Below, piece after piece: positions 61,346 to 64,000 of a stretch of 64,000 bases of DNA. Position numbers and translations under genes: made by a program. The stretch comes from a bacterium (lineage in GTDB: Bacteria; UBA10199; 2-02-FULL-50-16; JAJFLM01), in contig CBDCFN010000016.1 in the NCBI GenBank assembly GCA_965216315.1, positions 2,277,060 through 2,341,059 of the forward strand, read 5' to 3'. Every line of letters starts with the position of its first letter. The stretch's first letter is position 1. The notes beneath the pieces are model-generated. The model saw only the letters and a list, made by a program, of their open reading frames with translations. It was not told the DNA's origin and did not search any database.

Positions 61346-62599
61346 TTAAGCAGATTCGGCCTCTTTTTCATAGACGACGACCGGTTCGCCCTTCTTAACG
61401 ATAACATCTTCGTTAATGATAACTTCCTTGATATCGTCGTTAGAAGGGACATCGTACATTATGTCTAACATAATGTGCTCGAGGATGGCACGCAAGCCCC
61501 GAGCCCCGGATTTTCTTTTAGCGGCCTCTCGGGCGACGGCACGGAGCGCGCCCTCCCGGAATTTCAGCTTCACCTTCTCAAAATCGAAAAGGCGTTGATA
61601 CTGCTTCACCAGGGCGTTTCTCGGCTTGGTCATTATCTCAACCAAGGAGTTTTCATCTAACTCCCCTAAGGTCGCAATGACGGGAATACGCCCAATGAAC
61701 TCTGGGATAAGCCCGAATTTCAACAGATCTTCAGTCAGTGTCTTAGGCAATAGTTGACTAACACCCATTTCCTTATGTGTCTGCAGATCTGCCCCAAAAC
61801 CTAAGCTCTTAGTTCCGATGCGGCGCCGAATAATGTCCTCGAGACCAACAAACGCACCACCAACGATAAATAAAATGTTGGAGGTATCAATCGGAATAAA
61901 CTCTTGCTGCGGATGCTTGCGTCCCCCTTTGGGAGGCACATTGGCAACCGTTCCCTCAATAATTTTCAGTAATGCCTGCTGAACCCCTTCGCCTGAAACG
62001 TCGCGTGTAATGGAGGGACTATCGGCCTTGCGACTTATCTTATCAATTTCATCGATGTAGACAATGCCCCGCTCACAGCGCGCCTTATCATAGTCCGCGG
62101 CCTGCAAGAGATTGAGAATAATATTCTCGACGTCTTCACCAACATAACCGGCTTCGGTCAGGGTTGTAGCATCAGCAATCGTAAAAGGAACATTAAGAAT
62201 TTTTGCCAACGTCTGTGCGAGCAACGTCTTACCGCAACCCGTCGGACCAATCAGTAGGATATTGCTCTTTTGGAGTTCGACATCGCTCGTTGAACCCCGT
62301 GCCTCAATCCGTTTGTAGTGGTTATAAACCGCGACAGCCAGAACCTTCTTGGCCCGTTCCTGGCCGATGACATATTCGTCTAAGATATTTTTGATTTCAT
62401 GCGGCTTGGGAATACCGGTCTTAGCAGTCGATTGATCTGTCCGTGCATTCTCTTCGGCGATAATGTCATTACATAGATCAATACATTCATCGCAAATATA
62501 GACCGTGGGTCCTGCGATCAGCTTTCTAACTTCCTTTTGCGACTTGCCACAAAAGGAACAAGAAAGATTCGTTGGGTCATCCACATAATTTCGACTCAT
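61346..62599 (-). CDS. clpX: ATP-dependent Clp protease ATP-binding subunit ClpX
   Basis: N-terminal zinc finger CSFCGK...CDEC, Walker A GPTGCGKT, 417 aa. Confidence 0.95.
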   Translation of the reverse strand: MSRNYVDDPTNLSCSFCGKSQKEVRKLIAGPTVYICDECIDLCNDIIAEENARTDQSTAKTGIPKPHEIKNILDEYVIGQERAKKVLAVAVYNHYKRIEARGSTSDVELQKSNILLIGPTGCGKTLLAQTLAKILNVPFTIADATTLTEAGYVGEDVENIILNLLQAADYDKARCERGIVYIDEIDKISRKADSPSITRDVSGEGVQQALLKIIEGTVANVPPKGGRKHPQQEFIPIDTSNILFIVGGAFVGLEDIIRRRIGTKSLGFGADLQTHKEMGVSQLLPKTLTEDLLKFGLIPEFIGRIPVIATLGELDENSLVEIMTKPRNALVKQYQRLFDFEKVKLKFREGALRAVAREAAKRKSGARGLRAILEHIMLDIMYDVPSNDDIKEVIINEDVIVKKGEPVVVYEKEAESA

Positions 62600-62607
62600 T
62601 GAATCAC

Positions 62608-63249
62608 CTACTTCTTGGTGCCACTCACAACTTCCATTTTTTTATCAATATCTCGTGACCTAATCACGTCATCTACCAAGCCGTACTCAACGGCCTCCTC
62701 GCCAGACATGAAAAAATCACGCTCCGTATCGGCCTGTATCTTCTTAATCGACTGGCCCGTTGCCTTAGCTAGTATGTTATTCAGTTCCTCGCGCAATCGC
62801 AAGATTTCTCGGGCATGGATATCAATATCGGTCGCTTGGCCTTGAAATCCGCCCATTGGCTGGTGGATGAGGATGCGGGAATGCGGGAGGGCATGGCGTT
62901 TGCCTTTAGTCCCGGCAGCAAGCAGTACAGCCCCCATAGAGGCCGCCTGACCCACACAGAGAGTCGACACGTCCGGTTTTACATACCGCATCGTGTCAAG
63001 AATGGCGAGACCGGCAGTGACGGAACCGCCCGGCGAATTGACATAGACGTAAATATCTTTTTCCGGGTCATCTGATTCCAAAAAAAGCATCTGCGCAATG
63101 ATCAAATTGGCCATATCATCCCCAATGGCCGTCCCGATAAAGATAATTCGGTCTTTTAAGAGCCGAGAAAAGATGTCATAGGCCCGCTCCCCTCGGTGGG
63201 TCTGCTCAATGACCATGGGCACTAACGTCGAGGCATACGGTCCGCTCAT
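62608..63249 (-). CDS. clpP: ATP-dependent Clp protease proteolytic subunit
   Basis: catalytic Ser in GQAASMGA, His in HQP; 213 aa. Confidence 0.95.
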   Translation of the reverse strand: MSGPYASTLVPMVIEQTHRGERAYDIFSRLLKDRIIFIGTAIGDDMANLIIAQMLFLESDDPEKDIYVYVNSPGGSVTAGLAILDTMRYVKPDVSTLCVGQAASMGAVLLAAGTKGKRHALPHSRILIHQPMGGFQGQATDIDIHAREILRLREELNNILAKATGQSIKKIQADTERDFFMSGEEAVEYGLVDDVIRSRDIDKKMEVVSGTKK

Positions 63250-63273
63250 AATTCCCCCATTAAGTATTTAAAT

Positions 63274-64000
63274 TTATTCACTTTTTTTTGCCTGCTTTGT
63301 ATCGATTTTAGCTTCAGCCAGAATAAAATCAAGGGTTTTGTCCTGCAGGATCAAGGCATCCAATTGGCGCATTCGATCCTGATTGGCTTCGTAGAACTGC
63401 CGCACATTCACTTTTTGCTGATTCGTCATGCGCGCCACTTCCTCCAACTTCGCTTCCCTATCTTCATCGTTGACCTGAATGCTTTCATCAATCCAGATTC
63501 TCTCAAAAAGCAACATGCCTTTCACGCGCAACGTCGCCTCGGCTAAATTCTTTTCGCGGAACACTTCCGGTGTAATTCCAAGGGCCTCTGCTGACTGACC
63601 CTGCATCTTTAAATTCTGAGTCAGTTGATCAAACATGCTCGCAAGTTCGCTTTCAATCATCGACTCAGGAACCTCAAACTCATTCGCTTTCACAAGTGAC
63701 TCGACAACTTCCCGATGGAGTCTGCCTCTATCGGCGCGCTTTTTCTGTCCAGCCAGGTCCTCCTTGATCTGTTTTTTTAAAGCTTTCAGATCTTCCTGGC
63801 CCAAGTCTTTGGCAAACTCATCATCTAACTTGGGCAACACCTTTTGTTTCACATCCTTTAAATGCACGGAGTAATGCATTTTTTTGCCTGCAAAGTTCTT
63901 ATCGGCAAAATCATCCGGTAGAGTTACGTCTATTTCCCGTTTATCACCAATTTTAGCGTCTTTGAGATTATCTTCGAATTCTTTCAGCAGGGTCCCGCTG
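63274..64000 (-). CDS. tig: trigger factor, 3' part only (ORF remains open to the window end)
   Basis: reading frame continues upstream of the track Met through position 64000; C-terminal chaperone domain; canonical tig-clpP-clpX-lon order. Confidence 0.85.
   Translation of the reverse strand, partial: SGTLLKEFEDNLKDAKIGDKREIDVTLPDDFADKNFAGKKMHYSVHLKDVKQKVLPKLDDEFAKDLGQEDLKALKKQIKEDLAGQKKRADRGRLHREVVESLVKANEFEVPESMIESELASMFDQLTQNLKMQGQSAEALGITPEVFREKNLAEATLRVKGMLLFERIWIDESIQVNDEDREAKLEEVARMTNQQKVNVRQFYEANQDRMRQLDALILQDKTLDFILAEAKIDTKQAKKSE

Overview
64 kb chromosomal window from a Gram-negative bacterium; the repertoire (CSLREA/beta-helix proteins with Myxococcus-type cysteine-rich repeats, a MYXO-CTERM-like tail, TIGR02147-like paralogs) suggests a Myxococcota/Bdellovibrionota-like lineage, but that is inference only. 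Everything below is by-eye reading of the sequence and the supplied ORF track; no database search or computation was run, and family names are recalled from memory. Housekeeping blocks: tig(partial)-clpP-clpX-lon (58.8-64.0 kb, minus), glnB-glnA, serS, priA-def-fmt-rpe-tatA, a class A PBP, galU, lexA plus a Y-family polymerase, a Fur/PerR-peroxiredoxin pair, an ABC-2 transporter, and three tRNAs (Pro-CGG, Ser-GCU, Ser-UGA). The accessory content is the interesting part: (1) five copies of an XRE-type HTH protein (TIGR02147/DUF4423-like), four of them immediately followed, mostly translationally coupled, by a lipoprotein carrying a shared G[TS][ED][FA][GE]NP motif; (2) a 628-aa protein with an APS-kinase-like P-loop domain embedded between two of those regulator paralogs; (3) a palindrome GTG(T/G)AC-N4-5-GTACAC at six intergenic sites, marking a candidate regulon of mostly uncharacterised genes; (4) a second motif TGTTGAC-N4-GTCAACAGATAA at four sites, tied to tandem terminator-promoter modules; (5) a cluster of two paralogous low-complexity proteins (MGGNTI/MGDNTI N-termini) flanking a transglutaminase-like enzyme next to tRNA-Pro; (6) a ~65 bp structured repeat present both inside priA coding sequence and in the lexA-polymerase intergenic region. 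No CRISPR array, transposase or integrase was seen.
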